A DNA stretch of 64,000 nucleotides from Candidatus Latescibacterota bacterium (GTDB taxonomy: Bacteria; Latescibacterota; UBA2968), in the NCBI GenBank assembly GCA_965198115.1, contig OZ240241.1, positions 2,560,001-2,624,000 of the forward strand, in the 5' to 3' direction. The translations under genes were made by a program, and so were the position numbers. The notes under the pieces were generated by a model. It was not told where the DNA came from, did not search any database, and saw only the letters and a program-made list of their open reading frames with translations. Each line of letters begins with the position of its first letter. Position 1 is the stretch's first letter. Shown in pieces: positions 30,211-41,571 of the stretch.

Positions 30211-31937
30211 CCGTCGACCCCATCACTCTGGCCGTGATTCGTGGTAGTCTCGAACAGATCGCCGACGAGATGGATGCTACGCTCGAACGAATGGCCTTTT
30301 CGCCCGTCATCTCCGACGGCTTCGACCGTGCGAGCGGCATCTACGAGCGTACGTCGGGCGATGTGATCGTTCAGGGGCCTCGAGGTCTTCCCAACTTCAT
30401 CTACGTGATGAGCCACACCGTCCGTTCCGTGATCGAGCGGATTTCCGATCCGGGTCCTGGCGATGTCTACATCGTCAACGATCCGTATCTCGGCGGAACC
30501 CACCTGATGGACGTCAAGATGGTCAGGCCGTTCTACTACAAGGGTGAACTGACCGCCTACCTCGCCAACAGCGGCCACTGGCCCGACATCGGGGGTCGCG
30601 TACCGGGCGGTTTCTCCACTCGGGCAACCGAGATCTATCAAGAGGGCCCCCAGCTGCTTCCGGTCCGCCTGTTCGACCAGGGACGTCTGAATCGGGAAGT
30701 CCTCCAGATCATTCTGCAGAACGTTCGCGTGTCAAGAGAGCGCCAGGGAGACATCATCGCCCAGGTCACCTCCCTCGAGGTCGGCCACGAAAGGCTGACC
30801 GCACTGCTGGATCGATACGGAAAAACCACCGTCCTTGGGGCGATCGATGAACTGAACCGGCGATCGGAGCAGATGATGGCGGCTCACATTGCCGGCATCC
30901 CGGACGGCACCTACCACTTCCAGGAACACATCGACAGCGACGGCGTCGTGGACAAACCGCTCGTCATCGATCTGGGTCTGCAGATCCAGGGAAGCAAGGC
31001 GACCGTCGACCTTTCGAAAAGCAGCCCACCGTGTCGGGGACCGCTCAACAGCGTGCGCAGTACGACGATGGCCGGCGTGTTTATCGCATTCAAGCACGTC
31101 TTCCCCGACGTGCCCATCAACGAGGGTTGCTTTCGGCCGTTTGAATTCGTCCTGCCCGAGTCGACTTTCCAGAACGCGCAACATCCAAGGCCGGTGGCCG
31201 GATGCGCAGCCGAGGTCTGTCAGCGGGTGATCGACGTCGTCCTGGGCGCCCTCGGCCAGGCGATGCCCGACAGATCCTACGCCGGCCCAATGGGCACGGT
31301 GACGAATCTGTCTGTCGGTGGAGATGATCCAGAGTCGGGGCTTTACGTCTTCTACTCTTTCATCGGAGGCGGTTACGGAGGGAACTTCGAAACGGATGGT
31401 CTGATCAACGGAAACCCTACGCTCGCCCTTGCCAGAACCCAGGCCCTCGAGATTTTCGAATCCCGATACCCGGTTCGATTCAGACGCTACACGATTCGCG
31501 ATGGATCGGGCGGCGCCGGTGAACATCGTGGCGGCCTGGGCGTCGTTTTCGAGTTCGAGCTGACCCGAGGCACCGCCTCCGCATCGCTGTTGGGTGATCG
31601 GGGCAAGTTCGCGCCTTTTGGCGCACTCGGAGGAAGCCAGGCTGAAATGGCAGTTCACACGTTCACCCTCTGCGGCGAGACGTATATTCCTGAGCATATT
31701 TCGAAGGACGAGGGCGTTCATATGGAGGTCGGCGACATCCTCTGCCTGATGACGCCTGGAGGGGGCGGCTGGGGACCGCCGCGTAATCGGAAGGAATCAG
31801 CTGTGATCGAGGATGTCAGACGTGGGTATTATGACAGAATCGTCGCGCAGGACGAATACGGCGTGGCCATCGATGCGGACAGCCTTGAACCGATCGAAGG
31901 AGAGACCAAAAAACTCAGGAACGCATCCGAAGACTGA
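30207..31937 (+). CDS. hydantoinase B/oxoprolinase family protein
   Basis: DPITLAV, NDPYLGGTHLMD, HWPDIGG..PG, EIYQEG, SGGAGEHRGGLG, TPGGGGWG; ATGA overlap with the A subunit. Confidence 0.93.
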   Translation: MTVDPITLAVIRGSLEQIADEMDATLERMAFSPVISDGFDRASGIYERTSGDVIVQGPRGLPNFIYVMSHTVRSVIERISDPGPGDVYIVNDPYLGGTHLMDVKMVRPFYYKGELTAYLANSGHWPDIGGRVPGGFSTRATEIYQEGPQLLPVRLFDQGRLNREVLQIILQNVRVSRERQGDIIAQVTSLEVGHERLTALLDRYGKTTVLGAIDELNRRSEQMMAAHIAGIPDGTYHFQEHIDSDGVVDKPLVIDLGLQIQGSKATVDLSKSSPPCRGPLNSVRSTTMAGVFIAFKHVFPDVPINEGCFRPFEFVLPESTFQNAQHPRPVAGCAAEVCQRVIDVVLGALGQAMPDRSYAGPMGTVTNLSVGGDDPESGLYVFYSFIGGGYGGNFETDGLINGNPTLALARTQALEIFESRYPVRFRRYTIRDGSGGAGEHRGGLGVVFEFELTRGTASASLLGDRGKFAPFGALGGSQAEMAVHTFTLCGETYIPEHISKDEGVHMEVGDILCLMTPGGGGWGPPRNRKESAVIEDVRRGYYDRIVAQDEYGVAIDADSLEPIEGETKKLRNASED

Positions 31938-32025
31938 GGATCGGAGATGAGCTCACGAACACGCCAGTCCCTCTGTAGTGGTCTTTGACCGCGTTGAATC
32001 CACGCGCACTTAGGAGATCTCACGA

Positions 32026-32751
32026 ATGGCGACACGCGCAATTGGCATAGGCGTCATCTACCCGATGCACGCCGCCGAAGACGACTATCCGTTTCTCGCG
32101 TCGGCCCTCGACCCACCGATTGAAGTCCAGGTCGTTCATACGCATAGCGAGGACATACACAAAGTTGACTGCTGTCTGCGAACCGGAAGTCCAGAAGCCC
32201 TTGCCCCGGGCATCGAAGCCCTACGCGCTCATCAGATCGATGTATGTACGTTTGCTTGCACGAGCGGTAGCTTCGTCTATGGGGTGGAAGGCGCGAGAAA
32301 ACAATCCAAGGAGATTGGCGATAAGCTCGGCGTACCCACCTCGAGCACCTCGCTCGCATTCCTTCACGCGCTACACGCCCTTAAACTGAATCGCGTCGCC
32401 GTGGCCGCGACCTATCCCGAGGACCTCGCGCAAGCGTTTACTGCGTTTCTGAAGGAAGGAGACATCGAGGTGATGCATCTGGGGTGCGAGGGCATCTGGA
32501 CGGCTGTGGAAGTGGGCGTCGTGGACTGCGAAGTAGTACTCGACTTCGCCAAAAACAATGACCATCCCGACGCCGACGCCGTCCTGATTCCCGATACCGC
32601 CCTCCACACCGCGCAGTTCCTGGCCGATCTGGAATCGCACCTTGGCAAAACCGTACTCACGGCAAATCAGGTGACTCTGTGGGAGGCCCTTCGACTCGCG
32701 GAGTACGCAGAACCTCAAGAAAACTTCGGACAGCTAATGACCCAACTATAG
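32026..32751 (+). CDS. maleate isomerase/Asp-Glu racemase/arylmalonate decarboxylase family protein
   Basis: FACTSGSF, VAVAATY, LIPDTAL, VLTANQVT.W. Confidence 0.85.
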   Translation: MATRAIGIGVIYPMHAAEDDYPFLASALDPPIEVQVVHTHSEDIHKVDCCLRTGSPEALAPGIEALRAHQIDVCTFACTSGSFVYGVEGARKQSKEIGDKLGVPTSSTSLAFLHALHALKLNRVAVAATYPEDLAQAFTAFLKEGDIEVMHLGCEGIWTAVEVGVVDCEVVLDFAKNNDHPDADAVLIPDTALHTAQFLADLESHLGKTVLTANQVTLWEALRLAEYAEPQENFGQLMTQL

Positions 32752-32761
32752 GAGGTCAACG

Positions 32762-33247
32762 GTGGCTCGTTACATCAATGTGCGGCTGGAAAAGCGTGAC
32801 GTCAGTTGCGTTGCAGAATTACACGACGACCTTGCTCCCAAAACCTGCGAGGCTGTCTGGCAGGCTCTGCCTCAGGGCGGTCAGGCGGTTCACGCAAAGT
32901 ACGCGAGCAACGAAGTATACACCCTCGTTCCGCCCTTTGCCGATGAGGAACCGGGCCTGGAGAATCCAACGATGACACCCATTACGGGTGACTTACTCTA
33001 TTTCTATTTCGGGCCGGGCCTGGTCAACCTCCCGCACATTCGCGAGGTGGCGCAGCAACAGGGAATCGTCGACCTAGCGATCTTTTACGGGCGGGACAAC
33101 CTCCTCCTTTCCCCGAAGATGGGCCCCACACCTGGGAGCCACTATGCCACGATCGTGGAAAACCTCGAGGAAATGGCGGAAGCTTGCGACAACATCTGGC
33201 GGGAAGGATTTGTCGGGGAGAGCTTGCTCTACAGTCGTGCCGATTGA
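32762..33247 (+). CDS. DUF3830-like (cyclophilin-like fold) protein
   Basis: APKTCEAVWQALP, HAKYASNE, ENPT..P..GD, DLAIFYGR.N. Confidence 0.75.
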   Translation: MARYINVRLEKRDVSCVAELHDDLAPKTCEAVWQALPQGGQAVHAKYASNEVYTLVPPFADEEPGLENPTMTPITGDLLYFYFGPGLVNLPHIREVAQQQGIVDLAIFYGRDNLLLSPKMGPTPGSHYATIVENLEEMAEACDNIWREGFVGESLLYSRAD

Positions 33248-33340
33248 GGGATGGCCGATGTTTGCAACCTGGTTGCGTTAGGCGATCTCCCCCTGTGCTT
33301 GTAACGCGTCGAACAGGCACTCTACAATTGCGTCGGTAGG

Positions 33341-34270
33341 CTATCTGATGGGCTGTCGGGGAAAGCCGAGTCGGTCGATCAATTTCAGGGCGCGTCCGTT
33401 CAGAAGGTTGGCGTGGTGCAAGAGCGCGGGATCGGGGGTCAGGCCGAGCGATCGAACGGCCGTGTGGTGGATGATGCCGCGTTGGACGAGAAGGTCCTTC
33501 TCTACCGCAAGATAGAATTCCAGGTTCTGAAGCGAAAAGACGATCTGTGCCAGCAGACCGTCGAAGATGTCGAGCGCGCCATCCAGATCTCCCCCTGTTC
33601 CAAGTTCCCACAACCGCTGCATCACGTCGGCGTGGCCGAGGCCAGGCATCACGCCCGAGACGCCTTCGGCGAACAGTTCGGGCAGATACGTGCCTCCCCA
33701 GCCTTCGAGGACGGCAACCTCCCCGTCCGTCGTCTCGCGAATGGCACGCAGTTTGGGGCCGAGCAGGGGTTCCTCGAGCTTGAGGTATCGAAAATTGTCG
33801 CAGTCGTCGCGCAAATGGCTGCAGAACTCCGCGCCGACGGTGTGGCCACCGGGGTTGAAATCCTGAATTAGAATGGGGACATCGACTGCACGACAGACGG
33901 TTTTGCAGTAGACGAGGTGATCGGCCTCGGGCAGGGCGAATTGCCGGGGCAACGCGAAGCTGATGATGTCGGCGCCGCTGTCGACATTCTGACGCGCCAG
34001 TTCGGATGCGTGGAGCGCCGAAGGATGATTCGATTGCCCTACGACCGGGATGCGACCGCTGGCGGCTTCGGCCGCGGTGCGAACCACGGCCAGACGTTCC
34101 GGCTCGGATAATTTGTAATACTCGCTCGCGTAGGCCGGCAGACAGACCCCGCCAATCCCGAACGCGATCGCAGCCTCGACTTCTCGCTCGATGTCTTCGT
34201 GAACGATTTCCTCTGCATCGTCGAACGGTGTTACGAGGACCGCAACGACACCGTTTATGGATGGTGTCAT
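33341..34270 (-). CDS. dihydrodipicolinate synthase family lyase
   Basis: VTPFD, YASEYYKLSE.ER, ILIQD, YLKLE, GVMPG. Confidence 0.88.
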   Translation of the reverse strand: MTPSINGVVAVLVTPFDDAEEIVHEDIEREVEAAIAFGIGGVCLPAYASEYYKLSEPERLAVVRTAAEAASGRIPVVGQSNHPSALHASELARQNVDSGADIISFALPRQFALPEADHLVYCKTVCRAVDVPILIQDFNPGGHTVGAEFCSHLRDDCDNFRYLKLEEPLLGPKLRAIRETTDGEVAVLEGWGGTYLPELFAEGVSGVMPGLGHADVMQRLWELGTGGDLDGALDIFDGLLAQIVFSLQNLEFYLAVEKDLLVQRGIIHHTAVRSLGLTPDPALLHHANLLNGRALKLIDRLGFPRQPIR

Positions 34271-34378
34271 TTTCTCTCCGTCGGATGGGATCCGACGAGG
34301 CCAGATTGCCCCTCCGTTCGTCCGTTTCTTCCACCGGTCCAGCGAATGGGTCAATCGCCTCTCAAGTCGCTTGCCACA

Positions 34379-34388
34379 TTGTCGACAA
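34379..34388. promoter_or_regulatory. putative GntR-family operator
   Basis: Perfect palindrome TTGTCGACAA about 110 nt upstream of the DHDPS-family gene. Confidence 0.4.
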
Positions 34389-34738
34389 CCCTAACATTCA
34401 TACTGCAATCTCACAAAGCAACCCTCACCGCGGGTGTTGCAGTTGGTGCCCAAATCCGTACGTGAGTCTGCCGCGCCCAAGATCCAATCGTGTGCGTTTG
34501 CTAGAGTTCGACTCCCCGAGAGGAATCCACGGATATGCAACGCTCGTGGCTTCGAAATCCATCGTCGTTGCTGATCAAACTGCGTGATGCGGCCTGACCG
34601 GTACTTCAGCGCTTCTTGGATCGGCCACGCCCGACGCTGAATCCTCACTTTGCATTTTGACTTTTTGATTTCACTTGAATTAATCCCCTCCATCAGCTGC
34701 GCTTGCTCACCGTTCCTCACCGTCGCATCTTGGTTGCG

Positions 34739-37700
34739 ATGCGCACCTACGCCACCATCCTACCTAGACGCCGCAGCGCCTTGCGCGTAGGAGTCTGCCT
34801 GCTGCTGTCGTCAGCCCAGGTCTACGCCGTGGAGCTCCAAGTCGTACCGCAACCCGAGCCGCTTTCAGAGGCCTGGCGGTGGACGGAGTTCGTGGTGCCC
34901 GGCGTTGTCGACCACATCTTCGAGGATCGTGACGGCGTTGTTTGGTTCGCGACCAACAAAGGTCTGGTGAATTACGACGGGTATGCGTTCAAGACCCTCA
35001 CAACCGACGACGGCCTCGGTTCTACCATCATCAGGGCCGTCACTCAGGCACGTGACGGGGCACTGTGGGTCGGTACGAGACAGGATGGCATTACCCGGCT
35101 GGGGGTCGACAGTGTGCGTACCTACACGACGGAAGATGGCTTGGCGAGCAATCACTTTGTGTGGAAAGCAGTCGTTCCGTCGAGGGAAGACGGTTTGTGG
35201 GCAGGGTCCGACGCCCTTCTGAGAGGCACGGGGGGGCTGAGCTATTTCGATGGACGCACGTGGTCAGTCATACCATCGCCCATAGACACACTGAGCGTAA
35301 TAACCCTGATTGAAGCAAAAGACGGAGCGCTCTGGGTATCCTCGGACCAGGGACTACTCCGCTTCCGGGGGGGTGAGTGGACCCGGTTTGGACCCGATGA
35401 GGGTCTCACCCCCGCGAACTTCGACGAAATAATCCAGGCTTCCGACGGGTCGATTTGGGCCACAGCGTTCGACGAACCGGCAATCGCCCGATACAAAGAT
35501 CAAAGGTGGACCATCTACGGGCCTGAGGATGGTCTCAGGGAAGATAACCACGGATCTATCTGGGAAGAGCGCGACGGACATCTCTGGTCAGCGAGCTACA
35601 GGGGCGACTTCGTGACTTTCACCGGCGAGAGGTGGCGTGCCGTGGACTCTGCACGGAATCCAACGCGACCCTATGGCGTCGTCTCTCGAGACGGCATCCT
35701 GTGGATCTATAGCTGGGCGCAATCCATCACTTACCGAGTTCGACTCGAAGGGGCTTCCCGAATCCGCTTTGATGTGGGCCGCGTGCTTCGGGGAGGTCAC
35801 AATTCGGGTGTGACGTGGTTCGTGAACGACGACGGTCCTGCCTGTTCGACGGACGGCAATGGCTTCTGTATGGCACGGAAGATGGTTTGCTGGAGCCCCC
35901 ATACAGAGTTTCGGTGGCTACCGAAGACGGGTCTGTCTGGTTTCAGGCTGCCCAGGGCTGGTGTCGATACGCACAAGGACGTTGGGAAGTGCATCGAACT
36001 TCCGAGATTGGCCTGGACCGACTCACATCGGGCCCCTCCCCCGTTGCCTACCGCCGCAAGGACGGTTCGTTCTGGGTCATCGGGTCACGAGATGGTAAAG
36101 CGGCGGCAAGTCAATATGACCCGGCTCTTGCGGCATGGCAGATCCATCAACCCGACATCGTGGGGGAGAGATTCGACCTCACCTTCGTAGCCGCCAACGG
36201 CGACATCTGGTTTGCCGCCAACCCCTGGCTATCGCCGGGTGCTACGGACGCCGCGTTGGCTGAGGCCGTCCGTGTGAAAGGCGAAGGTATAGTACGGTAT
36301 GACGGAGATTCGTGGACTCAGTACACGATGAACGACGGCCTGCTTCACGACCGAATCTACGGATTCGGGCAGTCGCCGGACGGGAAAATATGGGTGGGGA
36401 CGCGGATGGGCCTCAGCTGGTTCGACGGAACAAAATGGGATAGCTATGGGGTCGGAATCCCAGGTGAGAAACCGTTCCGATTCCGGTTGGCCGGCAAGAA
36501 CCTGTGGTGTGGGTACGCTCCCAACGAGCTGACCGGCGTTTCACGGTATGACGGAAGCGCGTGGCACACCTACACCACAGATGACGGACTTGTCAATAAC
36601 CTGATCACACACATCCTACCGGCTTCCGATGGCACGGTGTGGGTAGCCACCGAAGGAGGCATCAATCGATTCAGTCCGGTTGCCGAGACCTGGGCCAGTT
36701 ATACCGAGGAGGACGGTATCGCTGCGGGAGGCATCGAGCATCTTTGGGAAACACAGGACGGTATCGGCTACACCGCTCGGAGCGGCGTCGTCGGCATGCT
36801 CCGTCCCGATACCGATGCTCCCAGGTCGACGTTCAACATCTCACCCACAGACGTCGGCTCGTCGGGTAACGTGATGCTGACCTGGTCGGCCCGTGACCGG
36901 TGGGACATTACGTTGCCTGACGACGTCCGCTATCGATACCGTCTCGATGAGGGTGACTGGTCTGAGACGACCAGCCGCACCGACGTCACCCTAACCTCAC
37001 TATCTCCAGGGAGTCACCGTATCGAACTGCGGGCTATCGATGATGAACTCAACGTCGAAGCGACGCCCGCCGTCCACGCGTTCATCGTCGAGGCCCCGTG
37101 GTGGCGCAACCCCGTCGTGGCGGGACCAGGGCTGCTTCTCATTCTCGGGATCCTCTTCCAATCAGCCCGTGTCGTACAGGGCAAACGGAAGCTGCAGGAG
37201 TCGGTGGACGCTCTTGCGGACGCCAACAACGAGCTGTTTCAGGTCAACGTGGACCTCCAGCGCGAGCAGGTGCTGGAGCGGCTGCGGGGTCAGGCGCAGG
37301 GGATGCAGTCGAGCGAGGAAATAGGTCCGGTCGTCGAAGCCGTGTTCGGTGAACTGAAGGCCCTGCACCCTCCGTTGTTGACGAGCGGGATCAACATCAG
37401 GAGACCCGACAGCTTGGAAATCTGGCGTGTCGGGCCGGACGGTAAAGTGGCTGAACCATCCATACGGAAGAGAGAGATTGGACGTAGAGACGTGCAGCGG
37501 ACTGGGAAGCCCTACTTGCATCGGGTTCTGGAGGGAGATGAGGCCCGAGCGAATATCCAGCGGCATATCCAGGCCGGAAACCCCTTTTGGGTGAGTATCC
37601 CTGAAGAGAAGTGGCCAACCCGCAAAGAGGACTACACCGTCTTGTTTCCTGGGGGAGAGGTGGTTGTTGTCTCTGAGGAGTCGATCGACGAAGAGACCTT

Positions 37701-39056
37701 AAAGATGGTCGGTCGTTTTGGCGAAGTGTTCGCTTTTGCACACGCCCGTTGGGAGGAATTGAAGCAGAAGGAAGCGCAGAACCGTCGTCTCGCGTGGACG
37801 CGTCCGTTCAGCGACTCCGTGCCGAGGTGCAGTCGATGGACGAGACGAGCGACTTTGAACGCATTCTGTCGTTGCTGGCCGAGAGCCTGAAGACGGTGGA
37901 ACTCACCTTCGACGGCTGCGAAATCGACGTGCTGGACGAGCCAGTCGAGAACCCGACGATGGCGCACTTTGAAACGAACGGGCTCCGCTACACGACCCTC
38001 AGACTGGATCCCGATGGAAACGTGGTCCCACGGCCCTATAACATCGCCGCCCCTTTCCAACCGGTAAACGAACGCACCATCGAGCGGTTCATAGCAGGTG
38101 AACCGTGGCAGGGCACAAGTGAAGGGGATGCGATTGTAGAGGTACCAGCAGGCCCGTATGGCCGCCTGCGGTTGACGGAAACAGACCGCCAGAACTTCAG
38201 GGACGACGAGGTCGCCACCCTCCGCGAGTTCGCCGACGCTGTCGCCCTCGGCTACGCCCGTTACCTCGACATCCGCGAGATACAGGATCAGACCGAACGC
38301 AAGTCGGCGTTCCTTGCCTCGATGTCCCACGAACTGCGAACGCCGATGAACGCCATCAAGGGGTTCGCGAACCTGATTCTGCGGCGGGAGGCAGATGGGA
38401 TGTCCAAACGAGCGCAGGAGAACCTCGGCAAGATCGGCCAGGCATCCGACCATCTTCTCGCGATGATCGACGACCTGCTCGACTTGTCAAAGATCGAAGC
38501 GGGCAGGATGGACGTGAACCCTGAGAGGTTCGAAGTGAAGGACCTGGTGACCTCGGCGTGCGACACGGTCAGCCCCCTGATTCAGGAAGGTGTCGAGCTG
38601 CGCCAGGACGTGGCCGCCGACATCGGGGAAGCGAACACAGACAAGGCCCGCCTTCAACAGATGGTCATCAATCTGTTGTCCAACGCCATCAAGTTTACGG
38701 ATAGTGGAACCATTGCCGTCACGGCAAGCAGGGGGCAGGGAGCAGGGAGCACGGGGGACCAATCGCGCGTCTCTCCGACTCACGACTCACGACTCACGTC
38801 CCACGATCTGGTCATTTCCGTAGCTGACACGGGTAGAGGCATTCCCACAGAGGAGCTCCCCACCATCTTTGATGATTACCGTCAGGCCGAAGGGTCGGAG
38901 AGCAACGTGCAGAAGGGCACCGGGTTGGGACTGTCCATTACGAAGAAGTTCACAGAGTTGTTGGGCGGGACCATCGGCGTGGAAAGCGAAGTTGGGAAGG
39001 GCACAACGTTTACGGTGCGGGTGCCGGTTGAGTATCGAGCTGGAGAGGAAGGATAG
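34739..39056 (+). CDS. sensor histidine kinase with beta-propeller and Y_Y_Y extracytoplasmic domains, two frameshifts
   Basis: Repeated DG.LW / YT..DGL propeller units, YRYRLD..W Y_Y_Y domain, PWWR plus TM helix, FLASMSHELRTP H-box, NLLSNAIKFT, DTGRGI, GTGLGL; indels near 35842 and 37793. Confidence 0.88.
38728..38804 (+). repeat. heptamer-repeat insertion inside the kinase ATPase domain
   Basis: GCAGGGG GCAGGGA GCAGGGA GCACGGG (38728-38755) and GACTCAC x3 GTCCCAC (38777-38804). Confidence 0.75.
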
Positions 39057-39159
39057 CCCTTACAGCTCAGTGGGTTCAACTAAACGAACTGATTTTCGCT
39101 ATGATCGATCGGCAGCTATCCTGATCCCCTATCCTAACTTCCTGGTCCCCTAGCTAAAC

Positions 39160-40115
39160 TCAGAACTCCATCACGACCTTGATCGCCTTGTCCCGCTCGT
39201 TCACGAACATCTCAAACCCTCTCTGCACTTCCGTGAAGGGAATATGATGGGTGATCATCGGCGCCACATCGATCCGTCCCTGGCTGATCCAGTCCATCGC
39301 CAGAGGGAAGTCGCGCTGCGCCTCGGGCCCGACCGAGCCGATCAGGTTGATGTTCTTGCTGATGATCGCGCGATAGTTGAACGGATAGATATTCTCATCA
39401 GGAATGCCGAAGCACAGAACCGTGCCTCGTCTCTTCACCAATTCCAGACACGTCCCGATCGTCTCGAAATTGTGCCCGACCATCTCGACCGCCACATCCA
39501 GCATTTCGCCTTCGGAAATCTCAGAGACTGTCTCGATCACATCCTCACGCGTTGGATTGATCGAATGCGTTGCCCGCATCTTTCGCCCCGTTTCCAAACG
39601 GAAATCGACGGTATCGATCCCGATCACGCGTTTCGCGCCGAGGTTGCTGAGAGAATGGACGGCCAGCAGACCGATCGGGCCTTGCCCCATCACCGCGATA
39701 TCCTTGTCGATCACACTGCCAGCTTCCGTATTGCCCAAATCACCGTACCCAGCGGCTGGGACATTAGGATGCAATCCGCCCGGTCGTACTCCGGCAGGCG
39801 CATTGTCACATTCTCGTGCGAGGTGAAATACTCGGAGCACGCCCCGATCTCTCTCGGCAGCGCCAGCACTCGATCTCCGGGGCTGAATCGATATGAATTG
39901 CTGGCCGCCACCGTCCCGATCGCCTCGTGAATCGATAGTCCCAGTCTGCCGGGATAGTCCGCCTGCTCGAGCAGCCACTTCGGCGTGTCGGACCCACAGA
40001 TGGCGCTCAACTCTGTCTTGATCTTGATGGATCCATCCGGAAACTTGTTGATGTCCGGCTCATCCGCATCGATGATCTCAATCTTCTGCTGGTCAACTTG
40101 AATCGCTGCTTTCAC
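39160..40115 (-). CDS. zinc-binding (MDR) dehydrogenase, frameshifted
   Basis: VKAAIQ.., AICGSD, IHEAIG, QPLGTV, then GQGPIGL, ITHH after an indel near 39722. Confidence 0.85.
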
Positions 40116-40230
40116 TGCCCCTCCCTGTGGTGTTTCGGTGATACCATCGGCCCCTTCAACAGACGCCGCTGAAAAGTTGACTTCGTATTCCCAACAGGCA
40201 ATCACGGCGCACTTTCGTGCCCGCTTCCGT

Positions 40231-40275
40231 CCCCGGGGCTGAAGCCCCGGGCTATTTACGGCAGCCCCTTCGGGG
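40231..40275. repeat. REP-like GC palindrome
   Basis: CCCGGGGCTGAAGCCCCGGG hairpin followed by CCCCTTCGGGG; a similar degenerate unit lies near 42897-42931. Confidence 0.5.
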
Positions 40276-40393
40276 TAATTCACACGCTGCGCGAGCCGCC
40301 GTCGCTCAGATTCTTCTCAGTCGACGGTAAACCCATATTTCGTGTCTTTCGTGTGTTTCGTGGTTCCTGGTTATTGTCCGTGTATTCCGTGGT

Positions 40394-41407
40394 CTAGGCT
40401 TTTTCCACGAACTGAATCCACAACGGCGACTGCCCCACCTCGAAGTTTTCCATCTCGTCGAGCGCCCCACTTCCGTGATCGATTCTGTAAGTCGCCAGCC
40501 GTCCCGATCCCTGCCCCGCGGACAGCAGGAATTGGCCGGTTGGATCGATCGCGAAGAACCTCGGCGTCTCCTCTGTAGGCTGGTGTCCCTTGGCCGTGAG
40601 CGTCCCCTCCTCGTTGAGGTCGAAGATCGCAAGGCTGTCGTGACCACGATTGGACGCGTAGAGATGTTGTCCATCCTGCGTGATCCTAATTTCGGCCGTC
40701 GACTTCCCATCCGGCGTCACTCCTTCGGGGTGTGATGAGATCACCTGGAAGGATGACAAAGTTCCGTTGTCCGGATCGAAGTGGTGGGCACTCACCGTAC
40801 AGCCGTTCTCATTGATCGAATACAGCAGATCCTTACTCGGGTGGAACGCGAAGTGGCGCGGGCCTTCCGGCGTTTCAGGCTGGATCTTCGGCGGATCGTT
40901 GGCAGAAAGCGCCCCCGTCGATTCGTCGAACCGAAACTGATAAATCGCGTTCGGGGGGTTCGTGTGGGGCACGAACACGAAGCGGTTGGACCGATCGGTC
41001 TGAATGCTGTGTGCGTGCTCCGCGGTCGGGATCCTCTGCAGTGGCTCCTCGCTCAGTGTCCCGTCGTCGTTGATCGCGTGGACGCTCACGTGCCCCGATC
41101 CGTAATAAGAGGCCAGCAGGAACCGATCGGTGTTGTCCGTCTTGATGTAAGGCGACCCGTCGTGCAACGAAACCTGGCCAATCGGTGAGAGTGCTCCGGA
41201 CGACCGGTCGATGCGCAGACTCTGAAACACCTTGGCCTGCCTGAGACACACGAACATCAGCGATCCGTCCGCCGTCGTCGCCACCGTACCGGGCGACCCG
41301 TCGGTGGCGATATCTGCCTCCTGCGTCAGCTTACCCGAATCCGCATCCATCACGAACTTCGAGAAGAATTCGCTCCCCGAATTCGACACATACACGTGGT
41401 AGCTCAT
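40394..41407 (-). CDS. lactonase family 7-bladed propeller (6-phosphogluconolactonase YbhE/Pgl-like)
   Basis: ASYYGSGHVSV, HAHS, GPRHFAFHP, INE, YASNRGHDS, PRFFAIDP. Confidence 0.9.
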   Translation of the reverse strand: MSYHVYVSNSGSEFFSKFVMDADSGKLTQEADIATDGSPGTVATTADGSLMFVCLRQAKVFQSLRIDRSSGALSPIGQVSLHDGSPYIKTDNTDRFLLASYYGSGHVSVHAINDDGTLSEEPLQRIPTAEHAHSIQTDRSNRFVFVPHTNPPNAIYQFRFDESTGALSANDPPKIQPETPEGPRHFAFHPSKDLLYSINENGCTVSAHHFDPDNGTLSSFQVISSHPEGVTPDGKSTAEIRITQDGQHLYASNRGHDSLAIFDLNEEGTLTAKGHQPTEETPRFFAIDPTGQFLLSAGQGSGRLATYRIDHGSGALDEMENFEVGQSPLWIQFVEKA

Positions 41408-41571
41408 GATATCTCCTTGTTTGAGACTCGATTAACGAGCAGGCGAGCCCTCCGCTGAGCTTCGGAGGGTCGAGCAGGCGTGGCAATCTAATCGCGACTC
41501 ATGCTTTTATGCTCACACTCGTGTTTTTCGTATGATCCGCGTTTCGATACAGGCGCCGATGTGCTGATTCC

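Noticed and set aside
33024-34334. 436-aa minus-strand ORF
   Set aside because: Arg-rich alternative frame overlapping the DHDPS-family gene.
34391-34720. 109-aa ORF in the divergent intergenic region
   Set aside because: No recognisable motifs; partly a translation of heptamer repeats (IKKSKCK).
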